A stretch of 64,000 nucleotides of DNA, from NCBI GenBank assembly GCA_002346225.1, contig DDYY01000055.1, positions 20,986-84,985 of the forward strand. Reading direction: 5' to 3'. Numbering within the stretch: position 1 is the stretch's first letter; each line of letters opens with the position of its first letter. A program made the translations under genes and the position numbers. The notes beneath the pieces are model-generated. The model did not search any database and was not told the origin of the DNA. It saw only the letters and a list, made by a program, of their open reading frames with translations. Positions 37,192 to 47,271 of the stretch are shown piece after piece. The stretch comes from Bacteroidetes bacterium UBA3022 (GTDB lineage Bacteria; Bacteroidota; Bacteroidia; Chitinophagales; BACL12).

Positions 37192-37447
37192 ACGTGATCA
37201 GTGGTTTTAAATTCGGTAGAGAATTTTGTGCATTAGTAATGAGGTATACACATTTCACGAACACGGGTTTTACATCCAACTGCAAAAAGTTATCCTGTTG
37301 GTAGTGTATACACAGGCTGTGTATAAAGGAATAGAATCCATAGCAGCAAGGGCTTGAGACAGTGTATGAAAATGTGGATTGCCGCCTGTAAAGTAAGGAT
37401 AACGCAATTATCAAATTTTAGATGGAAATTTATTCCACGAATACACA

Positions 37448-37470
37448 GCATTGATGACGATGCCTTTTTT
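37448..37470 (+). terminator. Weak terminator-like hairpin plus T-run 22 nt upstream of the nadA start (possible attenuator or distal nadD terminator)
   Basis: GCATTG-atga-CGATGC (6 bp including one G-U pair) followed by CTTTTTT. Confidence 0.3.
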
Positions 37471-37492
37471 CATTTAAATAATAATAGTAATC

Positions 37493-38500
37493 ATGGGTGG
37501 TATAAAAGAAGTGGATTTCATTGATTTGGAGAATAAAGGTTTTATTGATGTAGCCCCTGATCCTTCGTTGGATCTGGTTGCAGCTATTCAAAAGATAAAA
37601 AAGGAGAAAAATGCCGTAGTGCTGGCGCATTATTATCAGGACAGCGATATACAGGATGTAGCAGATTATATAGGGGATAGTCTGGGATTGGCTCAGCAGG
37701 CAGCTTCCACCGATGCGGACATGATCGTTTTTGCCGGTGTACACTTTATGGCAGAGACAGCAAAAATTCTCAATCCGCATAAGAAAGTCATCATGCCGGA
37801 TGCCCAGGCGGGCTGTTCGCTGGCAGACAGCTGTCCACCGCCTTTATTTAAGAAGTTCAGGGAGCAGCACCCCGATCATACGGTTATTTCTTACATCAAC
37901 TGTACGGCAGGTATAAAGGCATTGAGTGATATTATCTGTACCAGCAGTAATGCGGTTAAAATAGTAGAAAGTTTACCGGAAGGCACGCCGATAATTTTTG
38001 CGCCTGACAGAAATCTGGGAAGGTATGTGATGGAACAGACAGGCAGAGAGATGTTACTCTGGAACGGTACGTGTATGGTGCATGAGATTTTTTCGCTGGA
38101 GAAAATTACCCGGCTCAAACACCGCCATCCGGAGGCGAAGGTTATTGCCCATCCCGAATGTGAAGAGGCTGTATTGGAAATCGCCGACTTTATTGGCTCC
38201 ACCACTGGATTGTTGAAGTATTCAGCCAGTGACCCGGCGGATACCTTTATTGTAGTGACAGAAACGGGTATTATTCACCAAATGCAAAAAAGGTCACCAG
38301 GTAAGACATTTATTCCTGCCCCGCCTGATAACCTTTGTGCTTGTAATGATTGTCCGCATATGAAGCGGAATACTCTGGAAAAACTGTATACGGCAATGCT
38401 GTATGAACTCCCTGAAATCACCATGGATGCTCAACTGATGTCGGCAGCCAGGGTATCGATAGACAGGATGCTGGAAATATCAGCGCGCCTCGGCCTGTAA
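37493..38500 (+). CDS. nadA: Quinolinate synthase
   Basis: 335 aa. [33 protein letters not shown] and the three-repeat architecture with conserved Cys ([24 protein letters not shown]) support the call. Confidence 0.95.
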   Translation: MGGIKEVDFIDLENKGFIDVAPDPSLDLVAAIQKIKKEKNAVVLAHYYQDSDIQDVADYIGDSLGLAQQAASTDADMIVFAGVHFMAETAKILNPHKKVIMPDAQAGCSLADSCPPPLFKKFREQHPDHTVISYINCTAGIKALSDIICTSSNAVKIVESLPEGTPIIFAPDRNLGRYVMEQTGREMLLWNGTCMVHEIFSLEKITRLKHRHPEAKVIAHPECEEAVLEIADFIGSTTGLLKYSASDPADTFIVVTETGIIHQMQKRSPGKTFIPAPPDNLCACNDCPHMKRNTLEKLYTAMLYELPEITMDAQLMSAARVSIDRMLEISARLGL

Positions 38501-38818
38501 TCAGGCCATGTTGTGTTTTTCTATCATCGCCTGAACCTTGGCAATCTTGTCGTAGTTCAGGGAGTAGTAGATGAATTTACCTTCTCTTTTGGTCTTAACA
38601 AGATCAGCGGTGCGCAAAATGCGCAGATGCTGAGATGTGATGGATTGCTCCAGACCCAAAGCATTGTAAATCTTATTGACGTTTACGCTTTTGTTTTTAT
38701 CTATATAACCCATGATTTTCATGCGCAATGGATGTGCAATTGCACGCATGATCTCAGAGGATTTAAGAAGACTGGCCATTTCTACGTTCAGAAATGCCAT
38801 TTGTGTTGACTTTGCCAT
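38501..38818 (-). CDS. ArsR/SmtB family (winged-helix) transcriptional regulator
   Basis: 105 aa. AIAHPLRMKIMGYI...VNKIYNALGLEQSITSQHLRILRTADLVKTKREGKFIYYSL is a canonical ArsR-type HTH plus wing. Confidence 0.85.
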   Translation of the reverse strand: MAKSTQMAFLNVEMASLLKSSEIMRAIAHPLRMKIMGYIDKNKSVNVNKIYNALGLEQSITSQHLRILRTADLVKTKREGKFIYYSLNYDKIAKVQAMIEKHNMA

Positions 38819-38848
38819 TGTAATGCTTTTTAATTCTTAAATGAATAC

Positions 38849-39181
38849 TCAGGAAATATCACGGATGAAATTACCAATGCTCTTCAGTTTAGAGGCATTT
38901 AATTCGTAATAGATGTTCTTACCGCTTCTGGTGGTATTTACAATACCTGCCCGGCGCATAATTGCCAGGTGCTGAGAAGCGACAGATTGCTCTAACCTAA
39001 GTTTCACATAGATTTCTGTTACGCTCATTTGCTGTTTGTCGCTGAGCATTTTAATGATTTTCAAACGCAGTTTATGATTAACTGCCCTGAGGACCAATAC
39101 TGTTTTTCTTAAGGTTTTGTGCTCTAACTTAAGCGGACCTTTTGAACCATTATTGATCTTTACGCTTGGTGATGCTGCCAT
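38849..39181 (-). CDS. ArsR/SmtB family transcriptional regulator (paralog of 38501..38818)
   Basis: 110 aa with AVNHKLRLKIIKML...VTEIYVKLRLEQSVASQHLAIMRRAGIVNTTRSGKNIYYEL. Confidence 0.85.
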   Translation of the reverse strand: MAASPSVKINNGSKGPLKLEHKTLRKTVLVLRAVNHKLRLKIIKMLSDKQQMSVTEIYVKLRLEQSVASQHLAIMRRAGIVNTTRSGKNIYYELNASKLKSIGNFIRDIS

Positions 39182-39291
39182 AATAAATGGATTTTATTAA
39201 TGAAATACTTATAATAAGTGAGATATAAGTAAAAACAAAGTTATATCTTATTGTATGTTTTACAAAATTCACATCCAATAAGTTTGTAATA

Positions 39292-39972
39292 TTAACTGCC
39301 GGTAGTATAGAATTCTTTCAGATAAGATGGTTCTGTATAAGCCATATCAGCAAAGTTTCCCGCCTTATAGGCATCTATCGCTAATCCTGACATATAAGAT
39401 GATAATACCTTATAGTTTGTTAATATGGTATTTTTTTCTCCTTGTAACAGAGATGATAACTTGTCAGTTCCACTTCCGAAAAAGGCCAGGTGCTGATTGG
39501 AATCAATGCTATCGCGCATAGGTACCGCTTCTACTATGAGTGCTGACGGCGCTATTACCTCCTGTAAATTTTTATCATATAAGGCAGTGTAAACCTCCAT
39601 CCTTCTGGCATCAATAAGTGGACACAGATAATCTACCGAAGCGCCTTCCATTTGCTGGCGTGCACCTGCAGCCATGGAGACCAGTGTGGAAATACATATT
39701 AGAGGTAGTTGTAATCCGTAACAGATGCCTTTGGCAGTAGAAAGGCCTATCCGTAGTCCGGTATAGGAACCCGGTCCTATACTCACCGCAACGGCAGAAA
39801 GTGCAGAGAGGGGAATATTGCACATATCTGCACATGTAGCAATCATGGGTGCCAGCTGACCTGCGTGGTCATTGACTTCGGTGCCGTTTACTTCGTGTAA
39901 GGTATTCCCATCCTGCGATATGGATACGCTGCAGGTCGGGTGACTGGTTTCTATTTGCAGTATATAGGTCAA
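39292..39972 (-). CDS. tsaB: tRNA threonylcarbamoyladenosine (t6A) biosynthesis protein TsaB
   Basis: 226 aa with ILQIETSHPTCSVSI and AVSIGPGSYTGLRIGLSTAKGICYGLQLPLI, typical of TsaB/YeaZ. Confidence 0.9.
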   Translation of the reverse strand: MTYILQIETSHPTCSVSISQDGNTLHEVNGTEVNDHAGQLAPMIATCADMCNIPLSALSAVAVSIGPGSYTGLRIGLSTAKGICYGLQLPLICISTLVSMAAGARQQMEGASVDYLCPLIDARRMEVYTALYDKNLQEVIAPSALIVEAVPMRDSIDSNQHLAFFGSGTDKLSSLLQGEKNTILTNYKVLSSYMSGLAIDAYKAGNFADMAYTEPSYLKEFYTTGS

Positions 39973-41622
39973 TTAGAACTGGATAGGCTTTTCCATGGTT
40001 GCTTCATTGCGAATGAAGGTAACAGTGGTGGCATCTCCGGCCTTGAATTTACTCAGGGCTTTCATATAACCCATCATATCTGCTACATCATAGCCTCCCA
40101 GGTTGATAACAACGTCACCGGCCTGGATGCCTGCAGCTGCTGCGGGTTTACCATCCGATACACCATCAATGCGCATACCTCTTCCTTCGTAAGCATAGTC
40201 GGGAATGACACCCATCGTAACTGTGAATCGCGGTGCGTCCTCATTGGTATCTTCCTTGGTTTTGATGTAATCTATCTGCGGTTCGTCATCGAGGTCGGCG
40301 ATCAGACTTCTTACCAGTAGTTCAATATCAGCGATACCTTCTGCGTTTACCTTGTCTGCATCATCGGTGGGTTTGTGGTAATCGCTGTGCGAGCCGGTAA
40401 AGAAATGTAAGACAGGTATTTGTTTCAGGTAGAAAGAAGTATGGTCGGAGGGGCCAATACCGGATTCAAATGTTTTTAATTGAAATTGCTGAGCCTTTGC
40501 CAGTGATTCAAGTTTACTCCACGCACCGGATGTGCCGAAGCCATTGACGATCAGTTGACGGGTGCTGTCCAGACGTCCTACCATATCAAAATTGAGCATG
40601 TAGTTGTAGCAGGCATCTTTGTCCAGCAGTTTTTCTGCAGCGCTTTTGGACCCGTACAATCCCAGTTCTTCCCCGGAGAATGCAATGAATACATAGTTAT
40701 ATCCTTTGTTATTACTGCTGGCCAGGTCTTTGGCAAGCTGCAGGATGAGTGCTATTCCGCTGGCATTGTCGTCAGCACCGTTGTGAATAGCCGGCTCTCC
40801 CCTGTACAGGGAACCACCTGATTCACCGTAACCGAGATGGTCGTAATGCGCACCTATTACAATGGTACATGCAGCTTTATTGTTAATCATAGCTGCCACA
40901 TTTTTGCCGTTCTTCCGCACCACCTGCAAATCGGAACAAACGTTGACCTCGGGATACTTGAGTAATTGTTCAATATTATTTCTGTCCAGCAGCAGTACAG
41001 GAATGGATTCCTGACTGGCGTTATTGCTGTAATCTAATAATTGGTCGGTGGTATAGTTTTCGTCGGTGTTGTAAAACAAAACCGCTACTGCTCCGGCTTC
41101 CATAGCTCTGGCTACCTTGCTGCGCTCATCAGCGTAGTCGAGGAATTTAGTATGAGGGTGGGTTCCTTCGGGCGTACTCAATTGCATGCATACAATTTTT
41201 CCTTGTACGTCGATTCCCTCGTAGTCATCGTAGTTCAACTCCATAGCCGTGATACCATATCCTACCGATACCAAGGGAGCTGTGACCTTGCCGCTGCCGC
41301 TGAAATAGATTGGATTGCCTTTTACAATGGTCACACCCGGTACCTCTACGTAATTGGAATTGCTGGCCTGCTTGCCTGCAGCAAAGTCGAACACCTGAAA
41401 GAAGCCTTTATTCTCTCCGGCCGGTTGTAAACCAGCTGCTGCAAATTGACCTGCTATGTAGTTAGCGGCGATCTCTTCTCCCTTGCTGCCTGTGGCACGA
41501 CCTTCCAGTCGGTCATCTGCTAAAAAAGATACCTGCTCTTCAATATAGGTAACCGGATTCTGTGCCTTCACATAGCTTGTCAGCAAAAGGACAAGCGCGT
41601 AACTCATGAGCTTCATATACAT
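39973..41622 (-). CDS. M28 family metallopeptidase with PA and C-terminal PDZ domains
   Basis: 549 aa with a signal peptide. M28 zinc-ligand blocks are GAHYDHLG, DDNASG, FSGEELGLYGS and GPSDHTSF. The C-terminal PDZ is AAAGIQAGDVVINLGG. Confidence 0.88.
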   Translation of the reverse strand: MYMKLMSYALVLLLTSYVKAQNPVTYIEEQVSFLADDRLEGRATGSKGEEIAANYIAGQFAAAGLQPAGENKGFFQVFDFAAGKQASNSNYVEVPGVTIVKGNPIYFSGSGKVTAPLVSVGYGITAMELNYDDYEGIDVQGKIVCMQLSTPEGTHPHTKFLDYADERSKVARAMEAGAVAVLFYNTDENYTTDQLLDYSNNASQESIPVLLLDRNNIEQLLKYPEVNVCSDLQVVRKNGKNVAAMINNKAACTIVIGAHYDHLGYGESGGSLYRGEPAIHNGADDNASGIALILQLAKDLASSNNKGYNYVFIAFSGEELGLYGSKSAAEKLLDKDACYNYMLNFDMVGRLDSTRQLIVNGFGTSGAWSKLESLAKAQQFQLKTFESGIGPSDHTSFYLKQIPVLHFFTGSHSDYHKPTDDADKVNAEGIADIELLVRSLIADLDDEPQIDYIKTKEDTNEDAPRFTVTMGVIPDYAYEGRGMRIDGVSDGKPAAAAGIQAGDVVINLGGYDVADMMGYMKALSKFKAGDATTVTFIRNEATMEKPIQF

Positions 41623-41639
41623 AAACGTAGTATTAAATG

Positions 41640-43298
41640 TTATTGCAATATTTTTTGGTACTGATCTTTATTGGATAGCAGCCGAACGGCTTCCTGGATT
41701 TCGGGATCATAGCGGAAGGAGGTTTCTACCCTGCCGCTGAAGTAATAGTACCTTCCGGTGATTTCCCGCACCAGTTCGTACATAATTTCATCTTTGAATT
41801 TATAAAGGTCATTTACCTTGTCTTCTTCAATGCGCTGGCGCATATGTTGCACCTCTTCCAGTACAGCATCATAGTAGGCATCCTTTTTAGCACTCTCTTC
41901 CAGTTCATTCAGCTGTTCTTCCGTAGTCGTCGTATAGGTAACATCTTTATCTGCTAAATAAGCTGCGAATTCGGCATAGTCAGAACTATCCAGTGTGAAG
42001 GCAGACGCAGGTCCAATATTGGGGTGCGCAGCTACCCAGGCTGTTGCAAAATTGAAAATATGATCTTCACTCAGCAACGTATAAGTGATGTCTCTGTAGG
42101 TATCCTCTTCCAGTGCAATATCGGGATCTATACCACCACCGTCGTACACGGTTCTGCCGGCCTGGGTCTGAAAGGTCGCTTTGAGGGAGTCGGGAATTTT
42201 ACCCACTGAACCATCTTCATTGCGCAGCGCATAGTCGATGGCCTGTATACATCTGCCGCTGGGGATGTAGTATTTTGCCGTAGTGAGTTTCAGCTTTGTC
42301 TTGTACGATACATCGCGCGTGGTTTGCACCAATCCCTTGCCGAATGTTTTTTGGCCGATTATAACACCCCGGTCGTAATCCTGTATGACACCTGCTACAA
42401 TCTCAGAAGCGGAAGCCGACGACCTGCTGGTCAATACCACCAGCGGTATTTCTGTATCTGTTGGCGGATTAATGGAAAGGAAGGTCTTGTCCCAGTCTTT
42501 GACACGTCCTTTGGTGCTGACGATTTCCAGACCTTTATCGAGGAACACGTTGGATACCTCTACAGCCTCCCGCAGCAGTCCACCGGGATTGCCGCGTAAA
42601 TCGAGGACAATGCCGCTTAATTGCGGGTTGGCTGCCTTCAGCTCCTTGTATGCCTGCTCCACATTTCTGCCGGCATTTTCCGTGAATTGTGTGAGAATGA
42701 TATAACCAATCTGTTCGTTGATCATACCGGAATAGGGCACATTGCCTGTATTAACATCCGCCCTCTTCAGCGTATAGGTATATTCTTTATCCTCGTAGGG
42801 TCTGTAGATGGTGATGGTAACTTCGCTTCCGGCAGAACCGCGCATCACCTCGCTGATGCCGTTTTGCATGGTGGTGACGATGAAGCCATCTACTTCTTTC
42901 AGAATGTCTCCAGCCTTTAAGCCCGCATCGGCAGCAGGGAACCCTTCAAAGACATCGGTGATATTCATTTTACCATTGACGGGTCGGATGGTCGCCCCTA
43001 TGCCTCCGTAGTTGCCGGTTATCTGAAACTTGTATCCTTCCAGCTCTGCCTCCGAAATATAATTAGTGTAGGGGTCCAGCGACTCCAGCATGGCATCAAT
43101 GCCGGTCCGCATCAGCTTGTTAGGGTCGAGGTCATCGACATAATAGGTGTTGAGCTCTTTATACACCGAAGTGAAGATGTCGATGTTCTTCGATATTTCG
43201 AACAAATCGTTGCCGGCGGAGGATGAGGTGAAAAGGATAGCACTGATGCCGGTAGCGGCAATCAATGTTATAAGGGTTATCTTTTTACGGAGTTGCAT
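41640..43298 (-). CDS. S41 family peptidase (C-terminal processing protease)
   Basis: 552 aa. PDZ block FPAADAGLKAGDILKEVDG, and S41 blocks IVLDLRGNPGGLL, SRSSASASEIVAG and TFGKGLVQ. Confidence 0.9.
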   Translation of the reverse strand: MQLRKKITLITLIAATGISAILFTSSSAGNDLFEISKNIDIFTSVYKELNTYYVDDLDPNKLMRTGIDAMLESLDPYTNYISEAELEGYKFQITGNYGGIGATIRPVNGKMNITDVFEGFPAADAGLKAGDILKEVDGFIVTTMQNGISEVMRGSAGSEVTITIYRPYEDKEYTYTLKRADVNTGNVPYSGMINEQIGYIILTQFTENAGRNVEQAYKELKAANPQLSGIVLDLRGNPGGLLREAVEVSNVFLDKGLEIVSTKGRVKDWDKTFLSINPPTDTEIPLVVLTSRSSASASEIVAGVIQDYDRGVIIGQKTFGKGLVQTTRDVSYKTKLKLTTAKYYIPSGRCIQAIDYALRNEDGSVGKIPDSLKATFQTQAGRTVYDGGGIDPDIALEEDTYRDITYTLLSEDHIFNFATAWVAAHPNIGPASAFTLDSSDYAEFAAYLADKDVTYTTTTEEQLNELEESAKKDAYYDAVLEEVQHMRQRIEEDKVNDLYKFKDEIMYELVREITGRYYYFSGRVETSFRYDPEIQEAVRLLSNKDQYQKILQ

Positions 43299-43307
43299 AC
43301 TGTTGAT

Positions 43308-43529
43308 TTATGGTACGGGATCATGACCGTGACCTCCCCACGGATGACAGGTGCTTAAGCGTTTGAGTCCGAGCCAGGTGCCTTTCAGCGGACCGTATTT
43401 TCTGATGGCTTCCACCATGTATTGCGAACAGGTAGGCGTATACCTGCAACCTCCCGGAAAAAGGGGAGAGATGCTGTACTGATAGAAGCGGACCAGTAAA
43501 ATCAATATCCTGCTAAGTAGTTGACGCAC
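43308..43529 (-). CDS. yidD: Membrane protein insertion efficiency factor YidD
   Basis: 73 aa with [43 protein letters not shown]. Confidence 0.93.
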   Translation of the reverse strand: MRQLLSRILILLVRFYQYSISPLFPGGCRYTPTCSQYMVEAIRKYGPLKGTWLGLKRLSTCHPWGGHGHDPVP

Positions 43530-43935
43530 CGGAGTCCAGCTCTTGATTTAAACGTTTTAAAAGTACACCGAATTTTTCGCTCATGTTGTTAAATGTTGTT
43601 GCCTTATTACCGGCATACAGAAACATAACAGCGCATTGTCGGGGCTTGTTCCCCTTGGGAGAGAACGATTGTGCTTTGTGGTGCCGGTAGGCTTCGCGCA
43701 TCAGTCTTTTAATGCGGTTGCGGTCAACGGCGCGTGGGAAGTTGCGTTTGGATACAGCAAATGCTGCCTGAATGTTGGGGTTTTCTGCACCCTCCGGAGC
43801 ATAGGTATAATAGATGAGCTTCAGGGTGCCTTCGTGCAACCTTTTGCCTTGTTGAAATAACTCAGCAATCACCTGCCGGCTTTTCAGTTTTTCGTGGGCT
43901 GGAAATGAAAGAGAGGTTCCGGAACGGGAAACCAT
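43513..43935 (-). CDS. rnpA: Ribonuclease P protein component
   Basis: 140 aa with [46 protein letters not shown] (RNR motif). It lies downstream of rpmH and overlaps yidD by 17 nt. Confidence 0.9.
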   Translation of the reverse strand: MVSRSGTSLSFPAHEKLKSRQVIAELFQQGKRLHEGTLKLIYYTYAPEGAENPNIQAAFAVSKRNFPRAVDRNRIKRLMREAYRHHKAQSFSPKGNKPRQCAVMFLYAGNKATTFNNMSEKFGVLLKRLNQELDSGASTT

Positions 43936-43942
43936 TCGGTTA

Positions 43943-44110
43943 CTATACGCGGAAACGCATCAATGTGCGCTCGTCGGAAACCGTCAGTTTATGACGTCCT
44001 TTGCGACGACGGCGAGCTATTACAGCCCTGCCATCTTTGGTTTTCATCCGGCTACGGAAACCATGCTTGTTTACTCTCTTGCGGTTAGATGGCTGAAATG
44101 TAGGTCTCAT
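43943..44110 (-). CDS. rpmH: 50S ribosomal protein L34
   Basis: Not in the ORF track because it is under 60 aa. Manual translation of the minus strand gives [55 protein letters not shown] (55 aa). This is the canonical L34 N-terminal 45 aa plus a 10-aa tail. Confidence 0.9.
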   Translation of the reverse strand: MRPTFQPSNRKRVNKHGFRSRMKTKDGRAVIARRRRKGRHKLTVSDERTLMRFRV

Positions 44111-44188
44111 CAATTAAAAATTTGGGACTGCAAAAATAACCTTTAGTACGAAATGCACAAAATATCAACACGATTTAGTCGAAAATAA

Positions 44189-45775
44189 TCAGGAATTCAT
44201 TGAAATCAGGAATTCTTCGTTGCTTTTTGTGCCCTTCATGTTCTGTAAAAGGAAGTTCATAGACTCTTCCGTGTTCATATCGGCGAGGTGGTTTCTCAAA
44301 ATCCACATGCGCTGCAATACTTCCCGGTCGTGCAACAGGTCGTCTCTCCTGGTGCTGGATGCTGTAACATCGATAGCAGGATAGATGCGTTTGTTGGAGA
44401 GCTTTCTGTCGAGTTGAAGCTCCATATTACCGGTTCCCTTGAATTCTTCAAAAATCACTTCGTCCATTTTGGAACCGGTGTCTATTAGTGCCGTAGCGAT
44501 GATGGTCAGTGACCCTCCGTTTTCTATATTCCTTGCGGCACCGAAGAATTGCTTGGGTTTGTGCAGGGCGTTGGCTTCCACACCACCCGACAATACCTTT
44601 CCGGAGGAAGGAGCAACGGTGTTGTGCGCCCTTGCCAGACGGGTAATGGAATCGAGGAGTATCACCACATCCTGTCCGCATTCTACCAGTCGCTTGGCTT
44701 TTTGCAAAACAATGCTCGATACCCTAACATGTTTATCGGCGGGTTCATCGAAGGTGGAAGCGATTACTTCTGCATTGACACTTCTTTCCATGTCTGTTAC
44801 CTCTTCCGGACGTTCGTCTACCAGCAATATAATCAGGTATACTTCGGGGTGGTTCTGGGCAATGGCGTTGGCAACGCTTTTCAACAACATGGTCTTACCT
44901 GTTTTGGGCTGGGCCACAATCATTCCGCGCTGTCCCTTGCCTATAGGCGTAAACAAATCGATAACCCTTGTGCTGTAATCGGAGCCGCTGTACACCAGGT
45001 TCAGCTTCTCTTCCGGAAACAGTGGTGTCAGGTAATCAAAAGGTACCCTGTCGCGCACTTCTTTGGGATCGCGGCCATTGATGGTTTCCACTTTCAGGAG
45101 GGCAAAGTATTTTTCTCCTTCTTTCGGAGGACGTATGGTGCCCTTCACCCAGTCGCCGGTGCGTAAACCGAAGAGTTTTATCTGAGAAGGGGAAACGTAT
45201 ACGTCATCGGGAGAAGTGAGGTAGTTGTAATCGGCGCTGCGCAGAAAACCGTAACCATCCGGCATCATTTCCAGCACACCTTCTCCGGGAATGGCGGCTT
45301 CCTGATCCAGGTTGAAACGCTCTCTCTTTTTATTGGGGTAAGGTGTTTTATTATCTTCCTGACGGTCTTCTCTAGGGCTGTTATCCCTGTTGTAGGAATG
45401 CTCTTCGCGGCGGGGCTTGCGCTCTTCCCGCTCTTGCTTTTCTCTGGCTGGAGGTGTTGGCGGAGCTTCTGCTTTAGGTGCTTCTTCAAAGGGAATTTCT
45501 GCTGCTGGAGGTGCGTCGCTTTTCGGCTCGTCTTCTTTCTTCTTGCGGTTCCGCAGCGGGCGCTTGCGATCGGGTGTTTCTTCCTTTTTTTCTGCTTTGT
45601 CGGCTTTTTTCACCGGTTCATCCTTCGCCGGTAAATCCTGCACAGCCTGAGCGTCCAGTATGCGGTAAATGAGGTCCTGCTTGTTCAGCTTCTTGGCATC
45701 TTTGATCTGCAGTTTATCTGCGATCTCTTTCAACTCAGGAACGAGCATCTCGTTCAGTTGCAGAATTTCATACAT
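44189..45775 (-). CDS. rho: Transcription termination factor Rho (with long Lys/Glu/Pro-rich N-terminal insertion)
   Basis: 528 aa. It has the Rho N-terminal helix bundle ([16 protein letters not shown]), a CSD-like RNA-binding domain ([14 protein letters not shown]) and the Walker A motif AQPKTGKT. Confidence 0.95.
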   Translation of the reverse strand: MYEILQLNEMLVPELKEIADKLQIKDAKKLNKQDLIYRILDAQAVQDLPAKDEPVKKADKAEKKEETPDRKRPLRNRKKKEDEPKSDAPPAAEIPFEEAPKAEAPPTPPAREKQEREERKPRREEHSYNRDNSPREDRQEDNKTPYPNKKRERFNLDQEAAIPGEGVLEMMPDGYGFLRSADYNYLTSPDDVYVSPSQIKLFGLRTGDWVKGTIRPPKEGEKYFALLKVETINGRDPKEVRDRVPFDYLTPLFPEEKLNLVYSGSDYSTRVIDLFTPIGKGQRGMIVAQPKTGKTMLLKSVANAIAQNHPEVYLIILLVDERPEEVTDMERSVNAEVIASTFDEPADKHVRVSSIVLQKAKRLVECGQDVVILLDSITRLARAHNTVAPSSGKVLSGGVEANALHKPKQFFGAARNIENGGSLTIIATALIDTGSKMDEVIFEEFKGTGNMELQLDRKLSNKRIYPAIDVTASSTRRDDLLHDREVLQRMWILRNHLADMNTEESMNFLLQNMKGTKSNEEFLISMNS

Positions 45776-45990
45776 AGTAAAGAATCAATTAGCGATTTCG
45801 GATAGATAAAGTAGTTCGTAAAGTTGTAATCGGGAAATCCAGAGGGATTTGAAAGGTTACAAAGGTGGGGACACCAACCTTGATGCAATGTTACGACCTA
45901 ATATTGGAATATAAAAATTTGTCGCCGGCGGCACAAAAGGGGCACCAACCAAGTTCGGTAAACCGTTCTATCTTTGAAAAAAATATTGCC

Positions 45991-47265
45991 ATGCTGGATT
46001 TGCCATTTCTGCGTCAACATGCTGATGAAGCCAAAAAAAGACTTGCTAAACGACCGGGCTATGACACCTCGGTGATAGACGAACTGCTGGCAGCCGATGA
46101 CGAACGCCGCCAGATTCAAACCCAGCTGGATGCCCTGCTGTCAGAGCAGAATATACTTTCTAAAGAAATAGGGAAGCTGTATGGTCAGGGCAAGAAGGAA
46201 GAGGCAGATGCCATCAAAGAGAAAAGCCTGGAGCTGAAGGCCCAAACAGGGGAGCTGCAAAAACTCCACGACGAAGCTTCCGACTCTATTCGCAGCATGT
46301 TGTTGTTGATTCCCAATCTTCCGCAATTGCGGGTAGCGACAGGGAAGTCTGCAGAAGACAATGTTACTGTTAAGGAAGGTGGTCCGCGGCATCAGCTGTA
46401 TGTAGGCGCACGACCCCACTGGGAGCTGGCCACCTCTCTGGGCATCATAGACTTCGAGACGGGAAATAAGATTACAGGCTCGGGCTTTCCGCTGTACGTG
46501 GGGAAAGGTGCCCGCTTACAACGCGCACTCATTGCTTGGTTTCTCGATAAAGCAACAGCACAAGGGTTTACGGAGTACATGCCGCCACTGATGGTGAATG
46601 AAGACTCTGGTTACGGTACCGGTCAGCTGCCCGATAAAGAAGGACAGATGTACCATGTAACCGCAGACAACCTGTACCTCGTGCCTACAGCAGAAGTACC
46701 CCTCACCAATATATACCGCGACACTATAGTGAAGGAAGAAGACCTTCCTATCAAGATGACAGCCTATACACCCTGCTTTAGAAGAGAAGCCGGTTCCTAT
46801 GGTAAGGATGTGAGAGGACTGAACAGGCTGCATCAGTTTGATAAAGTGGAGATTGTGCAGATTGAGCACCCCGACCGCTCCAATGCAACCCTCGATAGCA
46901 TGGTAGCTTATGTAGAGTCATTGGTGGTGGAACTGGGACTCCAGTACCGCATATTGCAGTTGTGCAGCGGCGACACCAGTTTTGCTTCTTCCATTACCTA
47001 CGATTTTGAGGTGTTTGCAGCAGCGCAGGAGAAATGGCTGGAGGTGAGTTCAGTGTCCAACTTTGAATCGTTCCAGGCCAACAGAATGAAGTGCCGGTAT
47101 AAAAGTGCGGAAACAGGAAAAAATCACCTGGTGCATACACTCAACGGCAGTGCGCTTGCATTGCCCCGCATCATGGCTGCAATCATGGAAAACTACCAGA
47201 CAGAAAAGGGAATCGTTGTACCGGATGTATTACGACCTTTCTGCGGATTCCATATCATTGACTAA
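45991..47265 (+). CDS. serS: Serine--tRNA ligase
   Basis: I chose the ATG at 45991 (MLDLPFLRQHADEAKKRL). It has a coiled-coil N-arm and class II motifs (FRREAGSYGKDVRGLNRLHQFDKVE, TLNGSALALPR). The 42 upstream codons of the tracked ORF look non-coding. Confidence 0.93.
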   Translation: MLDLPFLRQHADEAKKRLAKRPGYDTSVIDELLAADDERRQIQTQLDALLSEQNILSKEIGKLYGQGKKEEADAIKEKSLELKAQTGELQKLHDEASDSIRSMLLLIPNLPQLRVATGKSAEDNVTVKEGGPRHQLYVGARPHWELATSLGIIDFETGNKITGSGFPLYVGKGARLQRALIAWFLDKATAQGFTEYMPPLMVNEDSGYGTGQLPDKEGQMYHVTADNLYLVPTAEVPLTNIYRDTIVKEEDLPIKMTAYTPCFRREAGSYGKDVRGLNRLHQFDKVEIVQIEHPDRSNATLDSMVAYVESLVVELGLQYRILQLCSGDTSFASSITYDFEVFAAAQEKWLEVSSVSNFESFQANRMKCRYKSAETGKNHLVHTLNGSALALPRIMAAIMENYQTEKGIVVPDVLRPFCGFHIID

Positions 47266-47271
47266 TCCCGC

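Noticed and set aside
37019-37414. 131-aa minus-strand ORF covering the nadD 3' end and the intergenic gap
   Set aside because: It overlaps the conserved C-terminus of nadD. Its sequence is Cys/Ser/Leu-rich with no domain, so it is most likely spurious.
37117-37492. Annotating the nadD-nadA gap outright as oriC
   Set aside because: Only two boxes are within one mismatch of the TTATCCACA consensus. No dnaA or dnaN is nearby. Local gene orientation converges on the site rather than diverging from it. GC skew cannot be judged from one window. It is kept as a finding with caveats, not as a called origin.
37300-37492. NAD+ riboswitch (nadA motif) upstream of nadA
   Set aside because: I could not recognise the tandem bulged-stem domains with the conserved C-rich internal loop by eye, and as far as I recall the known class is essentially restricted to Acidobacteria. 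A covariance-model scan would be needed. Only a weak terminator-like hairpin is reported.
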